This document shows positions 33,812 to 45,971 of a stretch of 64,000 nt of DNA, piece after piece. The stretch spans positions 76,900-140,899 of the forward strand of contig JAEWTV010000128.1 in NCBI GenBank assembly GCA_023397675.1, written 5' to 3'. Source of the stretch: Bacillota bacterium (lineage in GTDB: Bacteria; Bacillota; Clostridia; Acetivibrionales; JANLFN01). The notes under the pieces are model-generated. The model ran no database searches. It saw only the letters and a program-made list of their open reading frames with translations, and was not told where the DNA came from. Every line of letters begins with the position of its first letter. Position 1 is the stretch's first letter. Made by a program: the position numbers and the translations under genes.

Positions 33812-35489
33812 AAAAATCGGGCTGGATATTAAAAAAGTTATAGGGGATTCAATTTCAAAGGCTGTTGAAGCAGGAGAAATACCAGCTGTAGAGGTATCTG
33901 AAATTACTGTTGAGATTCCAAGGGAAAAGGAATACGGTGATTTTTCGACTAACATAGCAATGCAGCTTGTAAAACAGGTTAGAAAGGCTCCAAGGATTGT
34001 TGCAGACATAATTATTAAAAATCTTAATCTTGAGGGAACATATATTGACAGAGTTGATTGTGCCGGAGCAGGGTTCATTAATTTCTATCTCAACAACAAC
34101 TGGCTTTATGATACTCTCAAAATAATACAGGATGAAGGTACAGGCTACGGAAAAATAAATGTTGGCCAGGGACAGAAGGTAATGGTCGAGTTTGTAAGCG
34201 CCAATCCTACCGGACCACTTCACATGGGAAATGCGCGCGGAGGCGCACTTGGAGATTGTATTGCAAGTGTGTTACAAGCAGCAGGCTATGATGTTACCAG
34301 AGAATTTTACATAAATGATGCAGGTAACCAGATAGAAAAATTCGGATACTCCCTCGAGGCTAGATATATTCAATTGCTTAAAGGTGAGGATGCCGTGGAA
34401 TTCCCTGAAGATGGTTACCATGGGGAAGATATAATCGACCACATGAAAAATTACATACAAGAATATGGGGACAAGCTGTTGGAAGCTTATTCCGCCGAAA
34501 GAAGGCAGATATTTGCCAGGTATGCGCTTGAAAGAAACCTCAAGAGAATAAAAGAGGATCTTGCAAGTTACGGTATAAATTTTGATGTATGGTTTTCTGA
34601 GCAGTCGTTATACGACAGCGGAGATATTAAAAACACTCTTGAACTGCTCCAGAAAAAAGGCTTGACTTATGAAAAAGAAGGGGCAATCTGGTTCAAATCA
34701 TCTGAATTCGGTAGTGAAAAGGATGAGGTTATCGTCAGGAATAACGGTTTGCCAACCTACTATTTATCTGATATAGCATATCACAGGAACAAATTTGAAA
34801 AGCGTAATTTTGACAGGGTTATAAACCTGTGGGGTGCTGACCATCATGGGCACGTTGCCAGAATGAAGGGTGCGGTTGAGGCGATTGGTATAGACCCCAA
34901 TAAACTGGAAGTTGTTTTGTTCCAGCTTGTAAGGCTTTTGAGAAACGGCGAAGTTGCAAGGATGTCAAAAAGAACAGGAAAGGCTATTTCACTTGCAGAC
35001 CTGCTAGAAGAGGTTGGACGTGATGCTGCGAGATTTACATTCAATACAAAAGCATCAGGAAATCATCTTGATTTTGATCTTGATCTTGTTGTTAAAAAAT
35101 CAAATGAAAATCCTGTTTATTATGTTCAATATGCGCATGCAAGAATCTGCAGTATGCTTAAGCTACTTGGCGAAGAGGGCATAAACATTCCTGATCCACA
35201 AAAAACAGATCTTTCTGTTCTTGATAAAAAAGAAGAGAAGGAGCTCATAAAAAAGCTTTCAGAATACCCCGAGGAAATAAGGCTTTCAGCTCAATCGCTT
35301 GAACCAAGCAGGCTCACACGTTATGTTCAGGATGTTGCTGCGCTTTTCCACAGCTTTTATAATGCCTGTAGGGTTAAAGGAGAGGAAGAGAATATTATGA
35401 AGGCAAGAATTATTCTTGTTGATTGCACGAGAATAGTAATTTCCAACGTTCTTAACCTTTTAAGTATTTCAGCACCTGAGAGAATGTAA
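33795..35489 (+). CDS. argS: Arginine--tRNA ligase
   Basis: SANPTGPLHMGNARG (HIGH-type motif), a class I body and the DALR anticodon-binding C-terminus. Confidence 0.95.
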   Translation: MVNLIEKIGLDIKKVIGDSISKAVEAGEIPAVEVSEITVEIPREKEYGDFSTNIAMQLVKQVRKAPRIVADIIIKNLNLEGTYIDRVDCAGAGFINFYLNNNWLYDTLKIIQDEGTGYGKINVGQGQKVMVEFVSANPTGPLHMGNARGGALGDCIASVLQAAGYDVTREFYINDAGNQIEKFGYSLEARYIQLLKGEDAVEFPEDGYHGEDIIDHMKNYIQEYGDKLLEAYSAERRQIFARYALERNLKRIKEDLASYGINFDVWFSEQSLYDSGDIKNTLELLQKKGLTYEKEGAIWFKSSEFGSEKDEVIVRNNGLPTYYLSDIAYHRNKFEKRNFDRVINLWGADHHGHVARMKGAVEAIGIDPNKLEVVLFQLVRLLRNGEVARMSKRTGKAISLADLLEEVGRDAARFTFNTKASGNHLDFDLDLVVKKSNENPVYYVQYAHARICSMLKLLGEEGINIPDPQKTDLSVLDKKEEKELIKKLSEYPEEIRLSAQSLEPSRLTRYVQDVAALFHSFYNACRVKGEEENIMKARIILVDCTRIVISNVLNLLSISAPERM

Positions 35490-35500
35490 GGAGAGTTAGA

Positions 35501-36136
35501 ATGAATATAAAATGGCTGCAGCATTCGTGTTTTCTGTTGACATCAAAAACCGGAACCAGGATTTTAACAGATCCCCCGGGCGAGTATACAGGGTACAAAC
35601 CGGGTAAAACAGCTGCTGATATTGTTACAATGAGCCATAAGCATAAGGACCATAGTAACATTGAAATCACTGAAGGTAAGTTTATTTCTTTAGAAGAACC
35701 GGGTGAATATTCGTATAGAGATATACAAGTTAAGGGTATATCCACATTCCATGATGAATTTGAAGGAGAAAAAAGAGGACGAAACATAGTTTTTGTATTT
35801 GATATTGACGGATTAAGAGTGTGCCATTGTGGTGATCTGGGTCATCAGCTATCTAACAGGCAGTTGGAGGAAATAGGGCACATCGATATCCTACTTGTTC
35901 CTGTAGGATCTGTTTACACAATAAATTATTCCGGGGCTTTAAAGGTTATGGAAGCTCTAAAACCGAAGGTTACAATAGCAATGCACTTTAAAACAAAAGC
36001 GCTTACTTTTGAACTTGATACTCCTGAAAAATTTATTGAAGCAACAGGGGCTAAGAGGCTTACTGCAGGTGATATGGATATCAGTATAGATAATATAGGT
36101 GAAATTCCCAGCACAGTTCTTTTAAATTACAAATAA
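35501..36136 (+). CDS. MBL-fold metallo-hydrolase
   Basis: HxHxDH motif as SHKHKDH; 211 aa. Confidence 0.8.
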   Translation: MNIKWLQHSCFLLTSKTGTRILTDPPGEYTGYKPGKTAADIVTMSHKHKDHSNIEITEGKFISLEEPGEYSYRDIQVKGISTFHDEFEGEKRGRNIVFVFDIDGLRVCHCGDLGHQLSNRQLEEIGHIDILLVPVGSVYTINYSGALKVMEALKPKVTIAMHFKTKALTFELDTPEKFIEATGAKRLTAGDMDISIDNIGEIPSTVLLNYK

Positions 36137-36148
36137 ACAATTCAGGAT

Positions 36149-36182
36149 AAAGAGCCGATACATTACATGTACGGCTCTTTTT
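36149..36182 (+). terminator. Intrinsic terminator
   Basis: AAAGAGCCG/CGGCTCTTT stem followed by a T-run. Confidence 0.8.
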
Positions 36183-36213
36183 AGTACTTAATCCAAAATA
36201 TGAAAGGTTATTT

Positions 36214-39210
36214 ATGAATAAGAATTTTTTTAAATACTTCAAAAAAGTTAACAGGTTTGTATTGTCAGCAGCAGTTGCACTATCTGTAACTGCTTCAAGC
36301 GTCCCGGTCTTTGCGGAGACTACTGAAGCCTCTTTTACCGGTTCCTCAGACGCAACAGCTGTACTAAACAACTTACGATATAATGATGTAAGAAATTCAA
36401 ACACATGGGCAAAGGAAGCCATTTATGAATCAGGTGCTCTTGATGTAATAAAAGGCTTTGGAAGCCAGACATTTGGTCTTAATAGTACTTTATCAAAAGA
36501 GCAGGCAATTGCGATAGCTTATAGAATGGCTGGAAGAGAAGCTGATGCACAAAAAGCTGCAGAGACACTTGATAATGCAAGGTCCAAGGATGATAAAAAA
36601 ACCAATGCCATAAGTATGTGGTCTGACGGATATCTACAGCTTGCTGCCAATGAAGGCTTGATAAGCCAAACCGATTTAAATGATGCGTTCACACAGGATC
36701 AGACTTCCCTTGATACAACTGCCTTTCACAAAAGTGCTCCGGCACAAAGGCAGGAAATGGCTTTTTATATAGCAAAGGTTCTTAAACTTGACCCTGCATA
36801 TGAGCAGCAGGAAATATTCAATAGCTATAGTGACTGGTCTTCGGCTGACCCAACAAAGGTACCTTATATTGAAGCGGTTCTTAAAAATAATATTATGAAC
36901 GGATCAAATGGGCGTTTCTATCCTACACAGTCATTAACCAGAGAACAGGGTGCACAGATTGCAAAAAATGCTTCGGATACTATTCTCCCTCTTCGCAAAT
37001 ATGTGAAATACTCGGGAGTTATAGAAGATAAAACAGGAGTTTCTGATGTTTCTGTCAGCGGCAACATAAACAGAACTTTGCTAAGTGTACGCAATAGTAA
37101 TGGAAATCTTCATGTTATAACGGTAGATAACCCTGTAAATAGCTCAAGTATGGGCAGAAATGAAGAAAACGGACAGTATGTCAGCAATAATCAAAAGGAA
37201 TTGGTAGTTTATAAGAACGGTCAGATAGGTAACAGCAGTTTGCTTAGAACAGGAGATTCAATTGAGTACATAACAGCGCCTGATAAAACGGTTAAATTTG
37301 TTAATGTAATTAATTCCTCAAATACGTCAAGCTACATTGCCGTGAGGTTTGAAGGTATAGACCCAGCCACAAAAAAACTTACTGTAACACAGCTCTATAA
37401 AACAGACAACTCAGATGGTACGGGTTCAGTTATTAATTCCTCCATAAGCGGCACACCTGCCATATATAGCTATAGCAATAATGTTATAGTAAACTCTGAT
37501 GACGGTATTTCAAGTATTGATGAAATATCATCGGGAGCAACAGGTGTTGTAACGGTTACCAACGGAATTGTAACTTCCATAAAGTTGTCAAACCTTAACG
37601 GATACAACAAGGAAAAAGGTGTTGTAAGCGGTATAGTGCAGGACAATAATCCCCAGCTTGGTTATATAACCTTATATAATGCAGACGGTTCGGGAACAGA
37701 CCCCGATAAGGAAAGTCAGCTTATCTTGAGCAGAACATATAACTATAATACAGGAGATTTGGAAGTTCAGAAAAATCATTCACCTGCCGCAATTGAGGAC
37801 ATTGAGCCGGGAGACACTGTATTTTTAAAGACTGATGAGATGGGTACTGTTGTTTCCATAAGTGCTGTAGACAATTTTCAGACCAAGTATGCAAAAGTAA
37901 TTTCCAAAAAGCCCGCAACTATTGCCGTAAGATTCGATGACGGTTCACAGCAGGTGCTTGATGTTCCTTCACAGACACCGGTACTTTCTGACAATAAGCT
38001 GGTTGGTTACGGTTCTGTTAAAGACGGTGACCGTGTTCGTTTGATGCTGCATATAACAAATGGCTTCACGAGGGTTAAGGAAATAGCAATAGAAGGCAGT
38101 AAAGCAGGCGGACAGCTAATTTCAAATGTATATAAAGGAACGGTTTCATATCTTAATGAAGCAAAGAACAGTCTGGTTGTCCAAAACCTTCAGGTGCTGG
38201 ATAACGGCAAATGGCAAAGAATTGACCAAAAGGGTTTCAATGACATAAAGCTTTCAAAGGATTGCAGTATTTATCTCAATGACAAGGCAATTGACACAAA
38301 AACTTTAAACAGGTATTCCAAAGGAAATGAAGCTTACATAGCTGTTAAAAAGGATTATGGTAACGAAGAAAATGCTGTAATGGTGAGCTTCAGAAATATC
38401 GGGGATACTGAAACTTTGTATGATGACAGCGTAGCCAGTGCTGTTCCGGGTTCCAATTCATTCAGTATCATGAATTCTTATAAAACTGTATCATATGGAC
38501 CGGGCTCAATAATCATTAAAGATGGAAGACTTGTTACAGGCAGCAGCCTTAATGGTGATGACAGCGCTTACATAGTTGCAAATCTTAATAACTATGGAAC
38601 TGATAAGTATTATGCAGGGGTGGTCCAGGTAAGCCAAAGACCAAATTCCAACTTTATTCAGATTTATCGAGGCAGAATATCTAAGATTAATGAAAATCAG
38701 GACTTTACAGTTGAGTCATTCTCACAACTTAACGGAAATACATGGCAGTACAGTAATACGCCTAAAACGTTTAACCTCAAGAGTAGTACAAGAATACTTG
38801 ATGAATCAGGTGTGGTAAACCAGAGAGACTTTATTTCGTATGGTGATAACAGTTATGTAGGCAAGGTGGTGTATGTACTCGCCAATAATCTTGATACTGT
38901 AATGATAAGTGCTGCTCCATTCGGGAACGCTTTGGTGAAGGGAACCATATACGATGTATCAAGCGGGGGAACAGGCAGTGGTTCATCAGGAACAACTTTG
39001 AAACTGAGAAATGCAAAGTCATTTAATCCTAATACGAACCTATGGACAGACAGTAATGAGATGAGTATTGGAACGCTTAGTGATACAATTGTTATTAAGA
39101 ATAATTCAATAGTTACTGCGGATGATCTGAAGAACGGTGACAATATAAGGGTTATAAAGGCCGACAATACTCCTTCAGGCACCGGGTATATAATATTTGT
39201 AGAGAATTAA
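36214..39210 (+). CDS. Large cell-surface protein with N-terminal SLH domains (998 aa)
   Basis: Signal peptide ..SSVPVFA, then SLH repeats (NDVRNSNTWAKEAIYESGALDVIKG.., SMWSDGYLQLAANEGLI.., DWSSADPTKVPYIEAVLKNNIMNG). The remainder is beta-rich with no recognised catalytic motif. Confidence 0.8.
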   Translation: MNKNFFKYFKKVNRFVLSAAVALSVTASSVPVFAETTEASFTGSSDATAVLNNLRYNDVRNSNTWAKEAIYESGALDVIKGFGSQTFGLNSTLSKEQAIAIAYRMAGREADAQKAAETLDNARSKDDKKTNAISMWSDGYLQLAANEGLISQTDLNDAFTQDQTSLDTTAFHKSAPAQRQEMAFYIAKVLKLDPAYEQQEIFNSYSDWSSADPTKVPYIEAVLKNNIMNGSNGRFYPTQSLTREQGAQIAKNASDTILPLRKYVKYSGVIEDKTGVSDVSVSGNINRTLLSVRNSNGNLHVITVDNPVNSSSMGRNEENGQYVSNNQKELVVYKNGQIGNSSLLRTGDSIEYITAPDKTVKFVNVINSSNTSSYIAVRFEGIDPATKKLTVTQLYKTDNSDGTGSVINSSISGTPAIYSYSNNVIVNSDDGISSIDEISSGATGVVTVTNGIVTSIKLSNLNGYNKEKGVVSGIVQDNNPQLGYITLYNADGSGTDPDKESQLILSRTYNYNTGDLEVQKNHSPAAIEDIEPGDTVFLKTDEMGTVVSISAVDNFQTKYAKVISKKPATIAVRFDDGSQQVLDVPSQTPVLSDNKLVGYGSVKDGDRVRLMLHITNGFTRVKEIAIEGSKAGGQLISNVYKGTVSYLNEAKNSLVVQNLQVLDNGKWQRIDQKGFNDIKLSKDCSIYLNDKAIDTKTLNRYSKGNEAYIAVKKDYGNEENAVMVSFRNIGDTETLYDDSVASAVPGSNSFSIMNSYKTVSYGPGSIIIKDGRLVTGSSLNGDDSAYIVANLNNYGTDKYYAGVVQVSQRPNSNFIQIYRGRISKINENQDFTVESFSQLNGNTWQYSNTPKTFNLKSSTRILDESGVVNQRDFISYGDNSYVGKVVYVLANNLDTVMISAAPFGNALVKGTIYDVSSGGTGSGSSGTTLKLRNAKSFNPNTNLWTDSNEMSIGTLSDTIVIKNNSIVTADDLKNGDNIRVIKADNTPSGTGYIIFVEN

Positions 39211-39243
39211 TGCTGACAGTAAATAAATTACGGGGTGACACAT

Positions 39244-40767
39244 ATGAGAAAGTATCTAAAAATTATATTAAGCTTGACAATAATAGTGGGGTTGATTTTT
39301 CCCTCGATGGTATACGCCAGTCAGGGTGAATTCGGATATGAAGGTGGAGTATCAACACAGATACTTCCGGCCAAAACTGCCAGCAAAATCTCATATAATT
39401 ATTCGGAAATGTGTTTTATAACAGGCAAACCGGTTAAATTCACCGGAACTCTTACAATATCAAAATCTTCAAAGGCCAATGGCAAAACGGCTACATATAT
39501 ATACAGCCTTGCCAATACACAAAATAAAGCTACCCTTACCCGTACGCTTGTTTATAACACCAAGCTTACAACAGATGTAAACGGGCAGACTATAGAAGAA
39601 ACCTCATTTGGTAAAACACCTACCGAAGTTATTAAATTTGATAAGAATGTTTATACCCTTACAAATTATCAGCTGACAAAAACAAATATTATTGATTCAA
39701 AGCCTGTTTCAAATTATTTTTCGGGGAACATACAAAGCCTTAAGGAATATAATATTGGAAATAACCCGGTAATAGGAAAAATGACTGTGGATACTACCGG
39801 CAGATTCTATGGATATGACCAATATTGGAGCAGTTCAGAGGTACAAACACTGGATTATCTTTATAACTATGAAAGTAATGACAAAAAGGAAAAATGGGGC
39901 GGTTCAGTAAGTGTAAATGTTTCATCTAGTACTGTTAAAGACCTGCAATACCAGGAAAATGAGCCTGATCAGATAAGCTTTGACGGTGGTTACATTCAGA
40001 CTCAGAAAAACGATGTAGTTTTGGATTACAGCAGTGAAATGCCTGAATTTGATTCTAAAGGAATCTCTACGGATAATGTTGTTAAATCACAGGATAGTAT
40101 AAAGATGGAAGCATTTCCTACACAAACAAGATTACCTGTTACAGATCTCAATTATCTTAGAGGTAATTGGGCTGAGAATGATATAAAATTGCTGTTCAGT
40201 ATAGGAGCATTTAAAAATACAAGCGGAAAATTGGACCCTCAGAAATTCATAACAAGAGCAGAATTTGCTTCGGCACTGATAAATTCAGTAAAGGACGTTC
40301 CTGCTGACCCTACAATAAAGACTACAGCCACAAGAACAACCTCCAAAACGAAACTTACATCTCCTTTTAATGATGTTCCTACTAACAGTGTTTACTTCAA
40401 CGAAATAAACACCGCTTATAAGAAAGGTATATTCAGTGGGAGGGGAAATAATAACTTTGAGCCTGGTGAAACAATTTCCCTTGCAGAAGCGGTAGTCGCG
40501 TTCATAAGGGCTTTAGGACTACAAAATATGGCTCCAAATGCTAATGCAGTAACTACATTTAAGGATAATGATAGTATTCCTTCCTTTGCAAGAAGCTCTA
40601 TGTATGTAGCCGAACAAATCGGTTTAATTCATGCAGATGACCGCGGTTACATAAATCCTAACGACAAGATAACCAAAGCAAGGGCTGCAGTGATGCTTAA
40701 TGACCTTATAGAATACATGAGAAATGGGATATCAAAGGACTACAGGGAAAATATTCTGAATTATTAG
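39244..40767 (+). CDS. Secreted protein with C-terminal SLH domains
   Basis: Signal peptide ..PSMVYA and C-terminal SLH-like repeats (NWAENDIKLLFSIGAF.., FNDVPTNSVYFNEINTAYKKGIFSG.., FKDNDSIPSFARSSMYVAEQIGLI). Confidence 0.75.
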   Translation: MRKYLKIILSLTIIVGLIFPSMVYASQGEFGYEGGVSTQILPAKTASKISYNYSEMCFITGKPVKFTGTLTISKSSKANGKTATYIYSLANTQNKATLTRTLVYNTKLTTDVNGQTIEETSFGKTPTEVIKFDKNVYTLTNYQLTKTNIIDSKPVSNYFSGNIQSLKEYNIGNNPVIGKMTVDTTGRFYGYDQYWSSSEVQTLDYLYNYESNDKKEKWGGSVSVNVSSSTVKDLQYQENEPDQISFDGGYIQTQKNDVVLDYSSEMPEFDSKGISTDNVVKSQDSIKMEAFPTQTRLPVTDLNYLRGNWAENDIKLLFSIGAFKNTSGKLDPQKFITRAEFASALINSVKDVPADPTIKTTATRTTSKTKLTSPFNDVPTNSVYFNEINTAYKKGIFSGRGNNNFEPGETISLAEAVVAFIRALGLQNMAPNANAVTTFKDNDSIPSFARSSMYVAEQIGLIHADDRGYINPNDKITKARAAVMLNDLIEYMRNGISKDYRENILNY

Positions 40768-40779
40768 GATGAGATGCAC

Positions 40780-40819
40780 ACAGACAGGAATGTAAATAAT
40801 TTCTGTCTGTTATTTTTTT
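40780..40819 (+). terminator. Intrinsic terminator
   Basis: ACAGACAG/CTGTCTGT stem followed by TATTTTTTT. Confidence 0.8.
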
Positions 40820-40881
40820 GTAGAAAGTGCTAATCTATAATATATATTTATATTTTAGCAAAAAGGGGAATTGCTGAGAAC

Positions 40882-42363
40882 ATGAAAAATTTAAGAAAGC
40901 TTATTGTTATTGTCTTAATATCCTGCATTTTATTTGTACAGCAGGTCTTTGCAGAAAATTCTTACCAAGCTTTGAGCTCGGGTTACATGCAAAGTGTTTT
41001 GGATATGATTAAAGGTATTTATAACGGAAGTGTTACCGATGACAAGCTGCTTGAAGGCTCTTTAAAAGGCATGTTTGGAACAATGGACCCGTACACTGTT
41101 TTTTATACACCCAAGGAAGCACAGGCTTTTATGGATAGTATGAATGGCTCCTATAGCGGTATAGGTGTTTCAATATCGCTTGAGGATAAGTACATAGTTG
41201 TGAACAAGGTATTCAGGGGTTCCCCGGCAGAACGTGCAGGTATTAACATTGGAGACAGAATAGTTGAAGCTGGAGGCAACAGTCTTGTAGGGGTAGGAAC
41301 CGATGTAGCTGTCGGTTTTATTACAGGACAGCCTGGAACTTCAGTAAAACTTGGTATTATTAAAGGTGGTAGTTCAGATAAGACATATATTGAGGTTAAA
41401 CGTGAAAGCATACAGTACAACCCTGTTACATATCTAATAAAGAATAATATCGGTTACATAAAGCTTGATATATTTAACTCAAATGCATACCAGGGAGTGC
41501 GCGAAACACTTGACAGCTTTGATAAGGCGGGAATTAAAAAAATTATACTCGACCTTAGGGACAATCCTGGAGGGGAAGTTGATCAGGCTGTAGCAATTGC
41601 CAGAGAGTTCATTCCAAAGGGACTTATTACAAAGCTTGATTTTAAATCTGAGGATATTAAAGATGTCGAATATTATTCATACCTCGAAGCTGTAAAATAT
41701 AAGGTGGCTGTACTTACCAATGGCCAAAGTGCCAGTGCTTCCGAGATTTTGGCAGGAGCATTTCAGGATACTGGAGCAGGAACCTTAATTGGAACAAAAA
41801 CCTTTGGAAAGGCCAAGGTTCAGAATTTGCTTCCTCTGCTTACACCTCAGGCATTTGAGAAATATCAGAATCAGCTGGGTGTAAAAGTGGTAAATGCTTA
41901 CGAGCTTATTTCAAAGTATGGCGTCAGCCCTACTCAGGATGAAATAATAGGCTGGACTAAGATCACTACCGGAATGTATACTACTCCAAAAGGAAGAATG
42001 ATTGATCTTAAAGGTATAGAACCCGACAAATCAGTGGAAGATAAAAGGATTGTAAACGGAATTGATGTATCTTCAATACAGAAACTGCCTGAGACACGCA
42101 AACCCAAGCTGAATGATACCGGCAGTGATATTTTGAATGCTGAAAGAATATTAAAGGCTAGTGGGTATTTCAGTGGTACTCCTGATTTTACCTTCGGGAG
42201 TGATACTTCGTCTGCAATAGCCAAATTCCAAAGGGATTCAGGTGGATATGCATATGGAGTAATGGATTTTAATACTCAGAAATGGCTTAATTCCAAGCTT
42301 GATGAACTTGTAAAAAAATATGATACACAGTACGCAAAAGCTGTAGAGGTTTTAAATAATTAG
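40882..42363 (+). CDS. S41 family C-terminal processing peptidase (Ctp) with PDZ and C-terminal peptidoglycan-binding domains
   Basis: PDZ segment GIGV..V..V..GSPAERAGI..GD.I, S41 core LDLRDNPGGEV and GQSASASEILAG, and a PG_binding_1-like tail. Confidence 0.9.
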   Translation: MKNLRKLIVIVLISCILFVQQVFAENSYQALSSGYMQSVLDMIKGIYNGSVTDDKLLEGSLKGMFGTMDPYTVFYTPKEAQAFMDSMNGSYSGIGVSISLEDKYIVVNKVFRGSPAERAGINIGDRIVEAGGNSLVGVGTDVAVGFITGQPGTSVKLGIIKGGSSDKTYIEVKRESIQYNPVTYLIKNNIGYIKLDIFNSNAYQGVRETLDSFDKAGIKKIILDLRDNPGGEVDQAVAIAREFIPKGLITKLDFKSEDIKDVEYYSYLEAVKYKVAVLTNGQSASASEILAGAFQDTGAGTLIGTKTFGKAKVQNLLPLLTPQAFEKYQNQLGVKVVNAYELISKYGVSPTQDEIIGWTKITTGMYTTPKGRMIDLKGIEPDKSVEDKRIVNGIDVSSIQKLPETRKPKLNDTGSDILNAERILKASGYFSGTPDFTFGSDTSSAIAKFQRDSGGYAYGVMDFNTQKWLNSKLDELVKKYDTQYAKAVEVLNN

Positions 42364-42389
42364 TAAATTAGCAAATCTAAATTATAATT

Positions 42390-42418
42390 TCTCTAAAACG
42401 CCTTATTTAGAGATTTTT
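42390..42418 (+). terminator. Intrinsic terminator
   Basis: TCTCTAAA/TTTAGAGA stem followed by TTTTT. Confidence 0.75.
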
Positions 42419-42453
42419 CACGCTTATACTTTTAGATTCTGCGGCAAACTCTA

Positions 42454-42482
42454 TTGACACTCTAAAGTGCCAAATATAAAAT
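42454..42482 (+). promoter_or_regulatory. Candidate sigma-A promoter of pyrG
   Basis: TTGACA (42454-42459), 17-nt spacer, TAAAAT (42477-42482). Confidence 0.45.
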
Positions 42483-42567
42483 AATAAAGGTGATAAAATA
42501 ATCTATAATAATATGCTTATATTATCTGTTATATGCTTCATTTCCAGCTAATTTTTAGGAGGATTAA

Positions 42568-44184
<1,617 letters not shown>

Positions 44185-44194
44185 ATATATTATA

Positions 44195-44227
44195 AAAAAA
44201 CAGGATAACAATATCCTGTTTTTTTTG
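44195..44227 (+). terminator. Intrinsic terminator
   Basis: ACAGGATA/TATCCTGT stem with an A-run before and T8 after. Confidence 0.85.
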
Positions 44228-44333
44228 TGATTTTAGCGCAAATATTTCCAACCCGTATAAAATAACTCATTATTGACAATACTTCTTAATACCGATAACA
44301 AAAAACAAAAAAGGTATGATAAGGGGTGCGATA

Positions 44334-45047
44334 ATGAGTAAAGTATTGTCTGTGGTCAGGAAAAGCTTAAAAACTTTAAGTGGGAAAAAGGCTCTAAAAT
44401 TATCTTTAATTTTTGTTCTTCTTACAGTAGTAACGTCAGGTATGATCCTGTCCACATATTCCGAAAATGTTAATAAAAATCTTGAGAATAATCTTATAAG
44501 GCTGCATGTAATTGCTAACAGTGATTCTGATGCGGACCAGTCTTTGAAAAGAGACGTAAGAGATGCAATACTTCAGTATATGAAGGATGAGCTTAAGGAT
44601 ACAAAGAGTATTCAACAGACTAAAACAATTTTAAATAGTAATATTACAAAGATAGAAGAAATTGCTGCAAAGGTAATTAAAGAGGAAGGTAAAAGCTACC
44701 CGGTTAAGGCAATGCTTGGTGAATTCCCGTTTCCAACCAAAGTATACGGGGATATAACCCTTCCGGCGGGAAACTATCAGGCTCTTCGAGTTGTTATAGG
44801 CAGTGGCAGCGGAGCAAACTGGTGGTGTGTTTTGTTCCCTCCGTTATGCTTTGTTGATGCAACTCATGGCGTGGTACCGGATTCAATGAAACAAAAGCTC
44901 AAAAGTACACTCACCGAGGATGAGTACAAAATAATTACAGAATCAGAAGATAAAGATAATATACCGGTAAAAATCAAGTTTAAGATAGTAGAATTCTTTC
45001 AGGAGTCAAAAAATAAGATAGCAGCCTTTTTTAGCAGCATATTCTGA
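44334..45047 (+). CDS. spoIIR: Stage II sporulation protein R
   Basis: LIRLHVIANSDSDADQSLKRDVRDAIL and NWWCVLFPPLCF are SpoIIR hallmarks. AAGGGG RBS lies upstream of ATG 44334. Confidence 0.85.
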   Translation: MSKVLSVVRKSLKTLSGKKALKLSLIFVLLTVVTSGMILSTYSENVNKNLENNLIRLHVIANSDSDADQSLKRDVRDAILQYMKDELKDTKSIQQTKTILNSNITKIEEIAAKVIKEEGKSYPVKAMLGEFPFPTKVYGDITLPAGNYQALRVVIGSGSGANWWCVLFPPLCFVDATHGVVPDSMKQKLKSTLTEDEYKIITESEDKDNIPVKIKFKIVEFFQESKNKIAAFFSSIF

Positions 45048-45060
45048 TAGAAGTATATTA

Positions 45061-45087
45061 AAAAGTGCATTAATGATGCACTTTTTT
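45061..45087 (+). terminator. Intrinsic terminator
   Basis: AGTGCAT/ATGCACT stem followed by TTTTTT. Confidence 0.8.
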
Positions 45088-45195
45088 GCGTTAAGCAAGA
45101 AAAAGATAATATTATTGGTGCTTGTGAAATATAGCTATATTGACGATATAAAATAATATATATTATTTATTATTGTCAGTCTGGCAGGAGGAGAA

Positions 45196-45864
45196 ATGCT
45201 AACCACATATATGATATATGCTTTTAGACTGGTCTTGGCTTGTGTACTGGGTGGAATCATAGGCTATGAGAGGGAACATACTCACAGGCCTGCAGGCTTC
45301 AGAACTCATATACTTGTCTGTGTAGGTTCTGCACTGGTAATGATTACTTCAGAATTTATTTTTAATAAATACCTGCATATGGCTGCAGTTGATCCAACCA
45401 GGCTTGGAGCTCAGGTAATCAGCGGTATTGGCTTTCTTGGTGCAGGAACAATAATCAGGGAGGGTTTCAACGTAAAAGGCCTTACTACTGCTGCCAGCCT
45501 TTGGGCGGTTTCATGTGTGGGGATTGCAGCAGGTATAGGTTTTTATGAAGGAGCAATTGCAGCTACTATTCTTATTTTTCTTACATTAATAGCACTTAGA
45601 AAGATTGAAAAGGGCATGATGAAGAAAAGTATGCTTAAAACCATATATATACAGGCATTTAACATTACAGGCCTAATTGGTCAGATAAGTGAAATATTGA
45701 TAAGTCACAATGTTACTATAAAAACTATTGAATTCATGAACAATGAGGAAGAGGGAAACCTGGCGATCAAGATAAATGTAAAGTACACAGACAGCAATGC
45801 ATGTGGAAATGTTATCAATGACATACATAAACTTGAAGGTGTCCAAAAGGTTCATGAAGAATAG
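45196..45864 (+). CDS. MgtC/SapB family membrane protein with a C-terminal ACT-like domain
   Basis: LGGIIGYEREHTHRPAGFRTHILV signature. Confidence 0.85.
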   Translation: MLTTYMIYAFRLVLACVLGGIIGYEREHTHRPAGFRTHILVCVGSALVMITSEFIFNKYLHMAAVDPTRLGAQVISGIGFLGAGTIIREGFNVKGLTTAASLWAVSCVGIAAGIGFYEGAIAATILIFLTLIALRKIEKGMMKKSMLKTIYIQAFNITGLIGQISEILISHNVTIKTIEFMNNEEEGNLAIKINVKYTDSNACGNVINDIHKLEGVQKVHEE

Positions 45865-45903
45865 ATAGGCAAGATTTTTGTGATAAAACCATTTGTACAA
45901 CAT

Positions 45904-45946
45904 AAACATATTTTTAGAGTGTCCTCTATAAATATGTTTTTTTTTA
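45904..45946 (+). terminator. Strong intrinsic terminator
   Basis: ~15-bp interrupted stem (one unpaired T on each arm): AAACATATTT-t-TAGAG / CTCTA-t-AAATATGTTT around a TGTC loop, followed by T7. Confidence 0.85.
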
Positions 45947-45971
45947 TTAATTTCTCTCGGAGGTTGTACAA

